From positions 938-64,937 of IMG/VR virus record IMGVR_UViG_3300033066_002341: a stretch of DNA of 64,000 nt; one strand, 5' to 3'. Shown here one piece after another: positions 1-8,865 of the stretch. The position numbers and the translations under genes are program-made. The notes beneath the pieces were generated by a model. The model was not told the DNA's origin. It saw only the letters and a program-made list of their open reading frames with translations, and did not search any database. Source of the stretch: a virus (taxonomy: Duplodnaviria > Caudoviricetes). Each line of letters starts with the position of its first letter. Positions within the stretch are counted from its first letter, which is position 1.

Positions 1-516
1 GTTGGCTATGGCAAAACTTTTTCAGGTATGTATATCGGAAGCGAGATTGGCGGTGAGATTTCCAATGCCCGCGCTAAACACACCAGCAATTTTCTCAACG
101 GGGTTAATGATACCCATAGCATTGACGGAAGAAAAAGCACGTCAATTCTTCTGACGGCACGCATCGGCAAGCAATTGCAGGAAAAATATCTGATCTACGT
201 CAAGGGCGGAATCGCCTTGTCAGATTATAGCTTTTCCTTTGCCCTTGATTCTGATGTCAATGGTGTTAGTCTTAATAAAACAAAGAACAAAAGAATTGTT
301 CATCCTGTCATGACCGCAGGCATAGAATATTTAGCCAACGATCTCTTTAAGGATAATGATTTTTTAAGAGGTCAGGAGATAAGAGTCGGCATTGAATATG
401 ACCATCTCTTTAAAAAAACAATGACCATTGACCATTCTACGAATGATTTTCAGGGAAAGACAAATTTTGGATTGTCCGCTGAAACAGTTAAGGTGCGATT
501 AATTCTCAAACTCTAG
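1..516 (+). CDS. Outer-membrane beta-barrel-like protein, 5'-truncated by the window
   Basis: Frame is open from base 1 (VGYGKTFSGMYIGSEIGG...). Alternating amphipathic strands (YVKGGIAL, AGIEY, RVGIEYDH) are typical of alphaproteobacterial OMPs. Confidence 0.55.
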   Translation, partial: VGYGKTFSGMYIGSEIGGEISNARAKHTSNFLNGVNDTHSIDGRKSTSILLTARIGKQLQEKYLIYVKGGIALSDYSFSFALDSDVNGVSLNKTKNKRIVHPVMTAGIEYLANDLFKDNDFLRGQEIRVGIEYDHLFKKTMTIDHSTNDFQGKTNFGLSAETVKVRLILKL

Positions 517-530
517 CAAGGAGTGAAAAA

Positions 531-1595
531 ATGAAACAAATCTTATCATGGATATTTCTGTTAGGAATAACGACATCTCTGTATGCGACAGAACAAAAAA
601 CAATTGATGAGGAGCGTCAGGATTTTTTTAATAGTCATTTTACGCCTTCCTTTAATCATTCTGATGTTGAGACCTCTTTTAAAAATCAGTTTCAATATCT
701 GGCAAGAACCTATAGTACCGCTTCCAGTTTGCATCAGCAAAATCAGGAAAAACAAGCCACCCCAAATCTTCAATTAGGGACAAGCTTGCAAGAAGCCAAA
801 GAAAACTATCAAAAGTATCTTGTCCTCAGAGCAAGAACCGTTTACCCGTTACCTGATCTTTTTAAAGAGGGCTATTTATTTTCTCCCAAGCAGGCTATCA
901 AGGCTTTAAAAAACCTGGGCATAGAAACATCCCTGATTGATAAAAAGAAGTTTTGGACATTTTGTATGGCGGCACGCATTGAGCTTCCCAAGCCGAAATT
1001 GGAACAGGAAGAAAATGTGAATGAAAGATATATTGCCGAACTTGATACGCTGATTAAACGCTATAAATTGAGAATAAAAGAAAATGTCTATGATCTGACA
1101 ACCTTTTTAGGCGCAGATTTAAAAGGAAATATTTATTTTTCTTCCTGCGATCCCATTGTTTGCGATCCCCAGAAAAAAATTTCCTTTAGTTTTCTCAGGC
1201 ACGAAGACAAGGAAAAATTTGTGACCCTGGAAGAAAGCATTATCAAGGATATTGTCGTAAAAAATGGCTTTTCGGCGGACAGAATTGAAGAACTTTTGGC
1301 ATCTATTCATTCGGTTGATCCTGTTGACCTGTTTGAGCGTGTCTGTCGAGGGATTAACGGATGTGCCAAGTCCTGGAACTCGCCTGACATGGCTGCCATG
1401 CCTGTTCGCGTGGCAGGAAAATTGCAACAGGACGGCAATGCAGACTTACGCCCTGAGATCATCGAAACTGTGGATGCTCTTTTAGGGCGTTCTTTTAACA
1501 AAATGATTCTCAAGGGAATAAGAGAAAACTTTGTGAAAGCATCGGCTCCCAAAGAGCAAGGATTCTCACATAACCTTTCTGACGATATATTTTAA
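531..1595 (+). CDS. Secreted hypothetical protein (354 aa)
   Basis: Long ORF with RBS (AGGAG) and a Sec-type signal peptide MKQILSWIFLLGITTSLYA; no family recognised. Confidence 0.75.
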   Translation: MKQILSWIFLLGITTSLYATEQKTIDEERQDFFNSHFTPSFNHSDVETSFKNQFQYLARTYSTASSLHQQNQEKQATPNLQLGTSLQEAKENYQKYLVLRARTVYPLPDLFKEGYLFSPKQAIKALKNLGIETSLIDKKKFWTFCMAARIELPKPKLEQEENVNERYIAELDTLIKRYKLRIKENVYDLTTFLGADLKGNIYFSSCDPIVCDPQKKISFSFLRHEDKEKFVTLEESIIKDIVVKNGFSADRIEELLASIHSVDPVDLFERVCRGINGCAKSWNSPDMAAMPVRVAGKLQQDGNADLRPEIIETVDALLGRSFNKMILKGIRENFVKASAPKEQGFSHNLSDDIF

Positions 1596-1612
1596 CGCTG
1601 AGCGATAAAACA

Positions 1613-3196
1613 ATGCAGTGCTTACCGAGACATATCTTGTCTGCGTTCTTTGCTCTGCACGCTTTTACAGGGGCGTTACAAGCGTCTTTTATAGAAGAAG
1701 AAAGGCACAGCCCTTACAAGCGTGTTATTAAGGGCGATTCTTCTCATTCATTATCAGGTATCTATTCTACAAGAGAGTCCCTTAGTCGTCATTTATTTCA
1801 GGATGGAGCAGAGGAACACCTGGAAGAAATGAAGAAAAAAGATTTAAAAATTCAGGAACTTGATTGCTTGCTGGACGAAAAAGAAAGAGGCTATAAAGAG
1901 TCGAAAGAGAAAGATACGAGAAAAATTGAAAAACTCAAGGAAAAACTGCGTCATCAAAAAGTAAAATATAAAACAGTCTTTCAAGAAAAAGAAGAAAGCA
2001 GAAGCCAGAATGAACGACTAAGAGATGATTTTATTCATGCTCAAAGAGAATTTCAGCAAAGGGAGCATACCTTACTGGAAGATTGCCGACAAAAAGAACA
2101 AAGACTAAGAGAGCAAGTTGATGAAATAAATCGATCTATTTTTTCTCATCAAAACCTCGTCAAAGAAATGCAAGACAAGGAACGTCTTTTAGCAGAAAAG
2201 GAACGTCAGCATGAAAATGAAACACGCCAATACAAGGAAGAACTGGAAAGACGCATCACTCTTCACCAACAAGCTCTAAGAGAAACTCAAGAAAGAGAAT
2301 ATAACTTTCTTCAGGAAACGCAACGCAAGGAAGAAGAGCTAAGAGCAGAGATAAGGGAAATTAACCAGAGTCAGACGAGAGCGAGACAAGAATCAGAGAA
2401 ACAAATGACACTCCGAGAACAACTCAGGCGAGAGATTCAGGAGAAAGACAATCGTATTCTTCAGAAAGAACAGGAACTTAATGAATATCAAATGAGATCA
2501 AGGGAAGAGATAGAAAAACAAAAAACGTTATATGCTCAACTTATGCAGCAATTGCAGGAAAAAGATAATAGCCTTTCCCAAAAAGATCAGATCATGGCTC
2601 AGCAACAAATTATGTCAAGACAAGAAATTGAAAAACAGACAACTTCCTATCATCAATTAAAAGAGCAGTTTCAGATGCACGAAAAAAGCGCGCAACTGAA
2701 CATAAAAACATTGGAAGATAAATTAGCAGCTCTCAATGAAAAAGAAAAAGCGTCCATCCAATCCTTGTCGCAAAAAGAAAAAGAAATTCAAGTCTTAAAA
2801 GTAGATATCGAGCAAAAGCGTACAGCACAAAACAGTCTTACTGTGCAGATAAATCAAAAAGATCAAAGTTATACGGCATTAACTGTTACAAACACTAAGT
2901 TACAGCAAGAAAAATCCTCTCTCCAGGCTACTATAGAGAGCTTGCGACAGGAAAAACAAACATTGCAACACACCATTACGAGTTTGCAATCAGAAACCCA
3001 ATCATTGAGAGTAAAGCTTACAAAATACACGGGTTATGAAGAGTATACTTTTTCCCTCTTACCGAATCGAAAACCGAAATACGTCAATAATAGTCATTTC
3101 GCAACGTCTACATGGCTTTTAAAGTCAGAGCAGAGATTTGGCATAGGCAATCTGGTCACCCCTGAAGGCGGTCTTTTTAAAATCACAAAAATTTAA
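1613..3196 (+). CDS. Secreted long coiled-coil protein (527 aa), possible effector
   Basis: Hydrophobic N-terminal signal followed by about 400 aa of E/Q/K/R heptad-rich sequence and a short globular C-terminus. Confidence 0.75.
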   Translation: MQCLPRHILSAFFALHAFTGALQASFIEEERHSPYKRVIKGDSSHSLSGIYSTRESLSRHLFQDGAEEHLEEMKKKDLKIQELDCLLDEKERGYKESKEKDTRKIEKLKEKLRHQKVKYKTVFQEKEESRSQNERLRDDFIHAQREFQQREHTLLEDCRQKEQRLREQVDEINRSIFSHQNLVKEMQDKERLLAEKERQHENETRQYKEELERRITLHQQALRETQEREYNFLQETQRKEEELRAEIREINQSQTRARQESEKQMTLREQLRREIQEKDNRILQKEQELNEYQMRSREEIEKQKTLYAQLMQQLQEKDNSLSQKDQIMAQQQIMSRQEIEKQTTSYHQLKEQFQMHEKSAQLNIKTLEDKLAALNEKEKASIQSLSQKEKEIQVLKVDIEQKRTAQNSLTVQINQKDQSYTALTVTNTKLQQEKSSLQATIESLRQEKQTLQHTITSLQSETQSLRVKLTKYTGYEEYTFSLLPNRKPKYVNNSHFATSTWLLKSEQRFGIGNLVTPEGGLFKITKI

Positions 3197-3242
3197 TATT
3201 GACATATTTATAATTCAATATAAATTCATCCCGATATTTCTC

Positions 3243-3461
3243 TTAATGACTCGTTCTACGCTCAGGTAAATTATATTTTACCCAATCATTTTCATCGTAG
3301 GGCATTCCTTTATGATCATCCCTAAACGATTTGATGTTATGCTCTTTACAATATTCCTGAAGTATCCGAGGGGTTACTTCAAATGTAGGTATTTCGCTAT
3401 CTTTTCCTTCCTTCTTCTTCCTTATGAGTTCAGATACTTTCATTCTTCCACTCCATACCAT
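3243..3461 (-). CDS. Small hypothetical protein
   Basis: 72-aa ORF filling an intergenic gap; no motif recognised. Confidence 0.45.
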   Translation of the reverse strand: MVWSGRMKVSELIRKKKEGKDSEIPTFEVTPRILQEYCKEHNIKSFRDDHKGMPYDENDWVKYNLPERRTSH

Positions 3462-3594
3462 AACTTTTAATTAATAATATAATATGATCAAACTCTATCC
3501 ATCTATCATATAATGTTTACTCTTTAAATAAAATTTAATATTGATTTATTCCTATAATTAAATATAAACTTAATCTTTTTTGTAAGGAAAGTTT

Positions 3595-4032
3595 ATGTCT
3601 GAAAAAAACCTTAATTGGAAAAATAAAGAAGGGCCATGGCAAAATGAACCTGACGAACTGCGTTTTGAGGATGAAGTCACAGGTCTTGATATTTATATCA
3701 AGCGACATTCTTACTTTGGAAATCTTTTAGGATATGTGGAAATTCCAGAGGCTTATTTTTTATACAAAAAAGAATATGACGATACGGATTTTCCTCTTTT
3801 TAAAGTTCATTGGGGGATAACCTTCTCAAATTTTATGGAAGATGGAAAATATTACATAGGTTTTGATGCTGCTCATTATGACGATTATATGCCAGGAATC
3901 GATAATTTTCCTTCCATTACCAAATACAAAGATATTAATTTTATGAAAAAAGAATGTTTATCTTTGGCTCTTCAGATAGAATTTTTTGAAATCAATAAGG
4001 AGAAAATGAAAATAGATGACAACTCTTATTAA
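3595..4032 (+). CDS. Conserved phage hypothetical protein
   Basis: GYVEIP...VHWGITFS...YIGFDAAHYDD matches a widespread phage family (HGGxTY...GFDxxH); good RBS. Confidence 0.7.
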   Translation: MSEKNLNWKNKEGPWQNEPDELRFEDEVTGLDIYIKRHSYFGNLLGYVEIPEAYFLYKKEYDDTDFPLFKVHWGITFSNFMEDGKYYIGFDAAHYDDYMPGIDNFPSITKYKDINFMKKECLSLALQIEFFEINKEKMKIDDNSY

Positions 4033-4612
4033 AGAACTTGATCAAGAAGACTTAGAAGAACTTGCTATAAATCTAGCAATCGCTCACTTCGCGAAAAAAA
4101 ACATCTTAGTTCCGAATGCAGCGCATCCCCGATGGGAAAAATTAGACATTCAAGAAGAGCCTGTTATTCGAGAGATCGATTTGGGAAACTGCACCATGTT
4201 TACCATCACCGCTTTTTTCTGCAATCCTGTTCTATCGGGCGTCATATTTAATATGCCTCGTTTCTTTGTGAGCATTGAAAGAAAAGGGTCATTTCTCTTT
4301 AATCCAGAAAATGTAAAGTATCCTAAATATGTTGCAGAGAAATTAAACCTTTCTGAATCAGATGCCGCGATTATTGCTGATTGGATCAATATTCAATTAG
4401 GTATCGAAGCAAAAGAATTTGGCTGGTACGAAACCACAGCTATTGTTGTTAAAAATCCTGAATATTGCGCTCAGAATAAAAAGAACGATCTTATCAAACT
4501 TATTTTTTCTGAAGTAAATGGACTGGATATTTCTTACTCTCAAAAAAGCAAGCTGGTTGCGGCCACCTGCAATGAGGTGGAAGAGTATTTTTTAGAGAAA
4601 GAGAAAGTATAA
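4016..4612 (+). CDS. Phage hypothetical protein
   Basis: 198-aa ORF overlapping the previous stop codon (translational coupling). Confidence 0.7.
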   Translation: MTTLIKELDQEDLEELAINLAIAHFAKKNILVPNAAHPRWEKLDIQEEPVIREIDLGNCTMFTITAFFCNPVLSGVIFNMPRFFVSIERKGSFLFNPENVKYPKYVAEKLNLSESDAAIIADWINIQLGIEAKEFGWYETTAIVVKNPEYCAQNKKNDLIKLIFSEVNGLDISYSQKSKLVAATCNEVEEYFLEKEKV

Positions 4613-4676
4613 AATTCTATAATTCAGTTTTAGCTTAAAAATTGGAATAAGGAAATTTATATTCCGATTTTAAGCG

Positions 4677-4712
4677 AAAAACTTTAATAAGATTTTTCTT
4701 ATTAAAGTTTTT
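4677..4712. terminator. Bidirectional hairpin terminator between convergent operons
   Basis: Perfect stem AAAAACTTTAATAAG-ATTTTT-CTTATTAAAGTTTTT. Confidence 0.6.
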
Positions 4713-4862
4713 CGATCTTCCCTAAAATAAGAAACCATCTCTTCGTGGGATATGGCTTCTTCTCTTTCAAAAGTCTTAAGTCTCTTTATTACAATTTTTT
4801 CTATTTCAATATTTTCAGAATTTTCAACAAGATGTGTCATATTTTTACCATTTAAAAATGCT

Positions 4863-5105
4863 CTAATTCCCGATCTGTTCTAAATATTGCTCTGTTAATT
4901 CTAAATGGGCTTCACGCATTTGTCTGTTCAGTTTTAATAATTTAAGAGCTTCCTTGAGAGCTTTTTTATTAATTCCCTTATTTTCTGCCTCTTCAAACAC
5001 AGTATTGATTTGCTCAGAAACTTCCTTCTTTTCTTCCTGCAAACGTTCAATGCGTCCTGCATATTCTTTAATATTGATCGGAAATATTTCATGATTCATG
5101 TCCAT
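4863..5105 (-). CDS. gapR: GapR/DUF2312 (UPF0335)-like DNA-binding protein
   Basis: IKEYAGRIERLQEEKKEVSEQINTVFEEAENKGINKKALKEALKL matches the GapR pattern in size and helical motif. Confidence 0.8.
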   Translation of the reverse strand: MDMNHEIFPINIKEYAGRIERLQEEKKEVSEQINTVFEEAENKGINKKALKEALKLLKLNRQMREAHLELTEQYLEQIGN

Positions 5106-5116
5106 TTTTTTACTCC

Positions 5117-5644
5117 TTAAATGTTAAATAATTGTACTTCTTGGTTCCGTCTTCTCACAAGACCACCCAATAACATGCCATTCTTGCCATGCCTCCATTT
5201 TTTCCAATACAAAACAGCATTCTTAAAATCTTTTCCCTTTATATAAAGATAAACATGGGAATTTCTAAAGTTAGGGCAGCCTATATTGAAAACAAAAGAA
5301 ACCAGGGCATCGAACTGGTTCTGCGTCAAACTGAAAGAGATAAGCTGGTGAATACATTGCTCGGCACTCACAACATCACCCCGCAGCAATTCTTCAGCTT
5401 CTCTTTCTGTGACATAATTTATTCTTTTATTTTCTACAGAGGTAATCGCATGACCATAACCAATGGTTCTAATACCATTTGAATCTTTGTAAGGATAAGA
5501 CCTGAAAGCTTCAAACTGCTTAATCATGGCAATTCCTTGAGAGGATGTTTCCATATAGGATTTATCCCATCCTTGCAATACATTATCAGGTAAAAGATGA
5601 GGCGATGGTACTGCCATCAATATTAAGAATAATAAATGTTTCAT
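5117..5644 (-). CDS. GH24 phage lysozyme (endolysin) with hydrophobic N-terminus
   Basis: Catalytic E-X8-D-X5-T (FEAFRSYPYKDSNGIRTIGYGH), LTQNQFDALVSFVFNIG, GLVRRRNQE. Confidence 0.93.
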   Translation of the reverse strand: MKHLLFLILMAVPSPHLLPDNVLQGWDKSYMETSSQGIAMIKQFEAFRSYPYKDSNGIRTIGYGHAITSVENKRINYVTEREAEELLRGDVVSAEQCIHQLISFSLTQNQFDALVSFVFNIGCPNFRNSHVYLYIKGKDFKNAVLYWKKWRHGKNGMLLGGLVRRRNQEVQLFNI

Positions 5645-5653
5645 TCTTCTTCT

Positions 5654-6241
5654 CTATCTATTTTCTTCAAAAACGGCTTGAGAAAAGCCTGTAGGTGTTA
5701 TACTGCGTTGTTCCGTTCTGTCATCAGAAGGAGGTAAAAGGTGCATCTTACTTCCCTCAGAAGGAAACACATCTTTTCTTTGAGGCATCACAAACCCATT
5801 ACCTACCCAAAGACAAGTTTTCTTTGTATAAGGATCCCCATAATACCAGGGATGAAACGTATAATCAGGTTTTCGCCAGTATGAAGATATTGTACTAACA
5901 GGATTTTCTATGATATAGGGACAGTTCAATGTTTCAGCAATATCAATGCAACGAGCAAAAAGATCAATAGATTCGGATAGCTTATGCAATCCCTTCTCCC
6001 TGAACCATCTTGCCCCTGAAACCGCTAAATCCGTGCAAGGCGGAAAAAATGCTGCAAACGCAATCTCTCCTCTCGGCGGTATCCATTGCCGCATATCTGC
6101 ACCTACTCTGATAATATTGCCGTCCCGTGTTTGTCCTTTGGGATGCTGGAAATCCACACAATAGCAAAGATAGCCCGCTTCAGCCCACGGCTTTGCCATG
6201 ATGGTACTTTTATCAAAACAGGAAATCATAAGCTTTAACAT
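5654..6241 (-). CDS. Short phage DNA cytosine methyltransferase-like protein
   Basis: Catalytic PC motif (FPPCTDLAVSG), ENPVS and KKTCLW; the N-terminal SAM-binding motif is atypical. Confidence 0.7.
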   Translation of the reverse strand: MLKLMISCFDKSTIMAKPWAEAGYLCYCVDFQHPKGQTRDGNIIRVGADMRQWIPPRGEIAFAAFFPPCTDLAVSGARWFREKGLHKLSESIDLFARCIDIAETLNCPYIIENPVSTISSYWRKPDYTFHPWYYGDPYTKKTCLWVGNGFVMPQRKDVFPSEGSKMHLLPPSDDRTEQRSITPTGFSQAVFEENR

Positions 6242-6699
6242 TTATCATTTTCCTGAGACATTTTCCAATAGAGCAATGCCAAAGCATCGGCTTCATTATC
6301 GTCTTTTGGCCTATGCCCTCTTTTCTCCATAGCGATCAGCATATCAAGTTTTGACGCATTGCCTTTACCCGTCGCAAACTTCTTGATCGTTCCGACAGGT
6401 ACCCCTTCATAAGAGATATTATGATGATCACCGAACATTTGAAGGGTTGCCATAAAGCCGCCATAGGTTTGACCTGCAATCGTTCCTGCATGTCTTCTGA
6501 CGGCTTCATAAACGATTTCATCTATATCCCCATGAGCCGCCTTTAGATTGACAAGCCATCTTTTAAAGCGCGTAAATTTACAATCTTTTGAATCAAAATG
6601 ATTAGGCTTGAAACAAATAGAACCACTGCGGATTTTCTGATCTTTTAATAAAGCCCAGCCTGTCGTGGTACCGAGGTCGAGAGAGAGAATTGTGGTCAT
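6235..6699 (-). CDS. RuvC-like Holliday junction resolvase
   Basis: ILSLDLGTTTGWA, IVYE, IKKFATGKGNASK and DDNEADALALL supply the RuvC acidic residues. Confidence 0.85.
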   Translation of the reverse strand: MTTILSLDLGTTTGWALLKDQKIRSGSICFKPNHFDSKDCKFTRFKRWLVNLKAAHGDIDEIVYEAVRRHAGTIAGQTYGGFMATLQMFGDHHNISYEGVPVGTIKKFATGKGNASKLDMLIAMEKRGHRPKDDNEADALALLYWKMSQENDKC

Positions 6700-7046
6700 T
6701 TCTTTTCTTTCTCTAAAAACTCATCTATTTTTTGCTCAAGTAACTTGATTGTTTTTTCTGCCAATCCTGAGACTTTTTCATGAGCAGTTACATTCTGAAC
6801 AATCTTGGAAGACAGCATGAGATACATTGTTTTTTCAGAAGGAATAAGAAGGCAAAGACAAACAAGAATGAAAGGTATCCATAGCTTTCTTTTGAACCAA
6901 CAAAAGACTTCCCCCAATTTCTCTTCGCCTACCACAAAGAGTCCGAAAGCGCAAAAAGCAAAGAAGAATATCCATAGCATAAAAAAAGTAACACTGATGA
7001 TGCTTAGTCCGCAGAAAAAATCAATTAAGTATAAATAAAATATCAT
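6696..7046 (-). CDS. Phage membrane protein (paralogue of 20562-20912)
   Basis: Two to three hydrophobic segments, then IPSEKTMYLM...LAEKTIKLLEQKIDEF. Confidence 0.75.
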   Translation of the reverse strand: MIFYLYLIDFFCGLSIISVTFFMLWIFFFAFCAFGLFVVGEEKLGEVFCWFKRKLWIPFILVCLCLLIPSEKTMYLMLSSKIVQNVTAHEKVSGLAEKTIKLLEQKIDEFLEKEKK

Positions 7047-7131
7047 TCTTCTTTCCTCATATTTAAAAATTTCTCAAAAATCGACATATCAAGCAAAATA
7101 TGTCGATTCCATCGATATTTAATCCATTTCT

Positions 7132-7443
7132 CTAATCAACATATTTGTGATCCTTCAAAACAGCACTAAAAACCGCTTTTTCTTCTGGCGTCATTTTACG
7201 GACACAATCATTGGCGCATTGGTCAAAGATGTACTGATTCTGCAAAACATGAATAACGACACGCGCCATAAAAGAAGGCCATGAATCTTCTTTCGTCAGA
7301 TAAAGTCTTTGGGACGCACCATTCTCTGAAAAAAGGAACAGGGCATCCCCTTCTTCGAGAACGACTTCCTCTGTTTCCCATTGCCATTTCTTTTTGATGC
7401 CAGGCCACGTTAGAATTTCGCCCATTATTAATGCCTCTTCCAT
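7132..7443 (-). CDS. Phage hypothetical protein
   Basis: 103-aa ORF co-oriented within the operon. Confidence 0.6.
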   Translation of the reverse strand: MEEALIMGEILTWPGIKKKWQWETEEVVLEEGDALFLFSENGASQRLYLTKEDSWPSFMARVVIHVLQNQYIFDQCANDCVRKMTPEEKAVFSAVLKDHKYVD

Positions 7444-7565
7444 GAAGACGTTTTGACGATTCCTACAAGAAGAATTTTGACATGCAAAGGCTGCACATCA
7501 AAAGATGAACATCTTCGACATAAAAGCCACGCGCATACCTTTTTAAACATCTTGTTTCTTTCTTT

Positions 7566-8030
7566 TTAAAATGGAATTTCATCATTCAAAGGAGCAGAAG
7601 AAGGTGTTGGCGTTTGAGGCGTATACAAATTCATTTGAGCTTCCTCTTTGTCCGTTCTCTTACGATGAACAATCCAGGCGCGCATTTCTCCATCTTTGCC
7701 AGGATAATTCTTCATCTTTAAAATAGCCTCTTTAAAAACAACCTTTTGAAGATCGTCTATCGTTCCCTCTTCGTCGTCTGTCATTTGCGACCAGAATTTG
7801 TTAAAGGAAATTTCCGCTTTTTTTCGATATTCAGGAATATCCGCTCCAATGTTAAAGTTTTCCCATTTAGTGCGTCCCTTATATTCTTCAGGGGCGATAA
7901 TCATCCATTCAACGGAAATAGTACGCCCGTAAAGCCCTTCCTTATCTTCGATCTTTTGAAGCTCGGCGGTGTATTCGCCATCAGGAAAAGCATTCTCATC
8001 GACTGAAACACGTGTAAAGCTTAAACTCAT
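7566..8030 (-). CDS. DUF669-like single-stranded DNA-binding protein
   Basis: FPDGEYTAEL OB-fold-like start, acidic tail LNDEIPF, and position next to the AAA_24 ATPase. Confidence 0.7.
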   Translation of the reverse strand: MSLSFTRVSVDENAFPDGEYTAELQKIEDKEGLYGRTISVEWMIIAPEEYKGRTKWENFNIGADIPEYRKKAEISFNKFWSQMTDDEEGTIDDLQKVVFKEAILKMKNYPGKDGEMRAWIVHRKRTDKEEAQMNLYTPQTPTPSSAPLNDEIPF

Positions 8031-8031
8031 T

Positions 8032-8865
8032 TTAATTCACTCCTTCTTGGGTTGGTTTTGCATAGAAATTTTTAATAGCGGTAATAAAGATATTCCAGTC
8101 AATAGGCATCGTACGAGGCAGATCATACACATTCTTGGCAACATAAGCGGAATTCCCTGTGGTATAAAGGATGCGGCGGTCGTTCGTCCGTACTCTTCCC
8201 CTCGTTTTGTTAAATCCTAAATCTTCTTCCTCTTCAAAGCTCAAGTCATTGACCGCAAAAAGAATGAAATGCGCCCAATCACACACAACGGCCGCGACTC
8301 TTTCATGAACACGTAGTTCGTATTTATCGTAAGTCGGATAAAGGGGATTCTCGCAGCGTTTGACGGCCGTATGACCAATCAAAACAACATTCATTCTTTT
8401 TTGATCCCGAAGGATGTCCAGCTTGTTCATAATGGATGCGAAAAGATCGGACGTATAAATATAAAGACGCCCATATTCCAGCTTTTTCGGATCGCTTTTG
8501 TACATTTTCTCAAGATAAACACGGGCAATGGCTTCCAGCTTATCAATAGAATCAATCACAACGGTCGCGTAATCGTGATTTTGAGTGATCAAACATTTAA
8601 GAAATTCTTCGACTTCCTCAAAAGATTTAAGAGGTTTTTTATCTATGGGAAGATGATCAATATTGCCTTCCAAGTCGAGGAAGATAGGATTTTTTGAACG
8701 GGAAGCAAAGGTTGATTTTCCCACTCCGTTATGTCCATAGATAATGCCTTTAATGGGTGTCATTTGCCTGCCCCTCACAATAGGGAATCCTGGAAAAGAA
8801 ATTTTTGAACTTTCTTCAGGAAGAACGCTTATTTCCAATTCAGGCTGTTTCTCTGTTTCCGTCAT
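8032..8865 (-). CDS. AAA_24 / Sak4-like ATPase
   Basis: Walker A GHNGVGKST, FLDLEG, Walker B VVIDSID, VVLIGH. Confidence 0.85.
   Translation of the reverse strand: MTETEKQPELEISVLPEESSKISFPGFPIVRGRQMTPIKGIIYGHNGVGKSTFASRSKNPIFLDLEGNIDHLPIDKKPLKSFEEVEEFLKCLITQNHDYATVVIDSIDKLEAIARVYLEKMYKSDPKKLEYGRLYIYTSDLFASIMNKLDILRDQKRMNVVLIGHTAVKRCENPLYPTYDKYELRVHERVAAVVCDWAHFILFAVNDLSFEEEEDLGFNKTRGRVRTNDRRILYTTGNSAYVAKNVYDLPRTMPIDWNIFITAIKNFYAKPTQEGVN

Noticed and set aside
7432-7554. Possible 40-aa ORF MFKKVCAWLLCRRCSSF... between the SSB-like gene and 7443 (coordinates approximate)
   Set aside because: Plausible but too short, with no motif or homology evidence to support a call.
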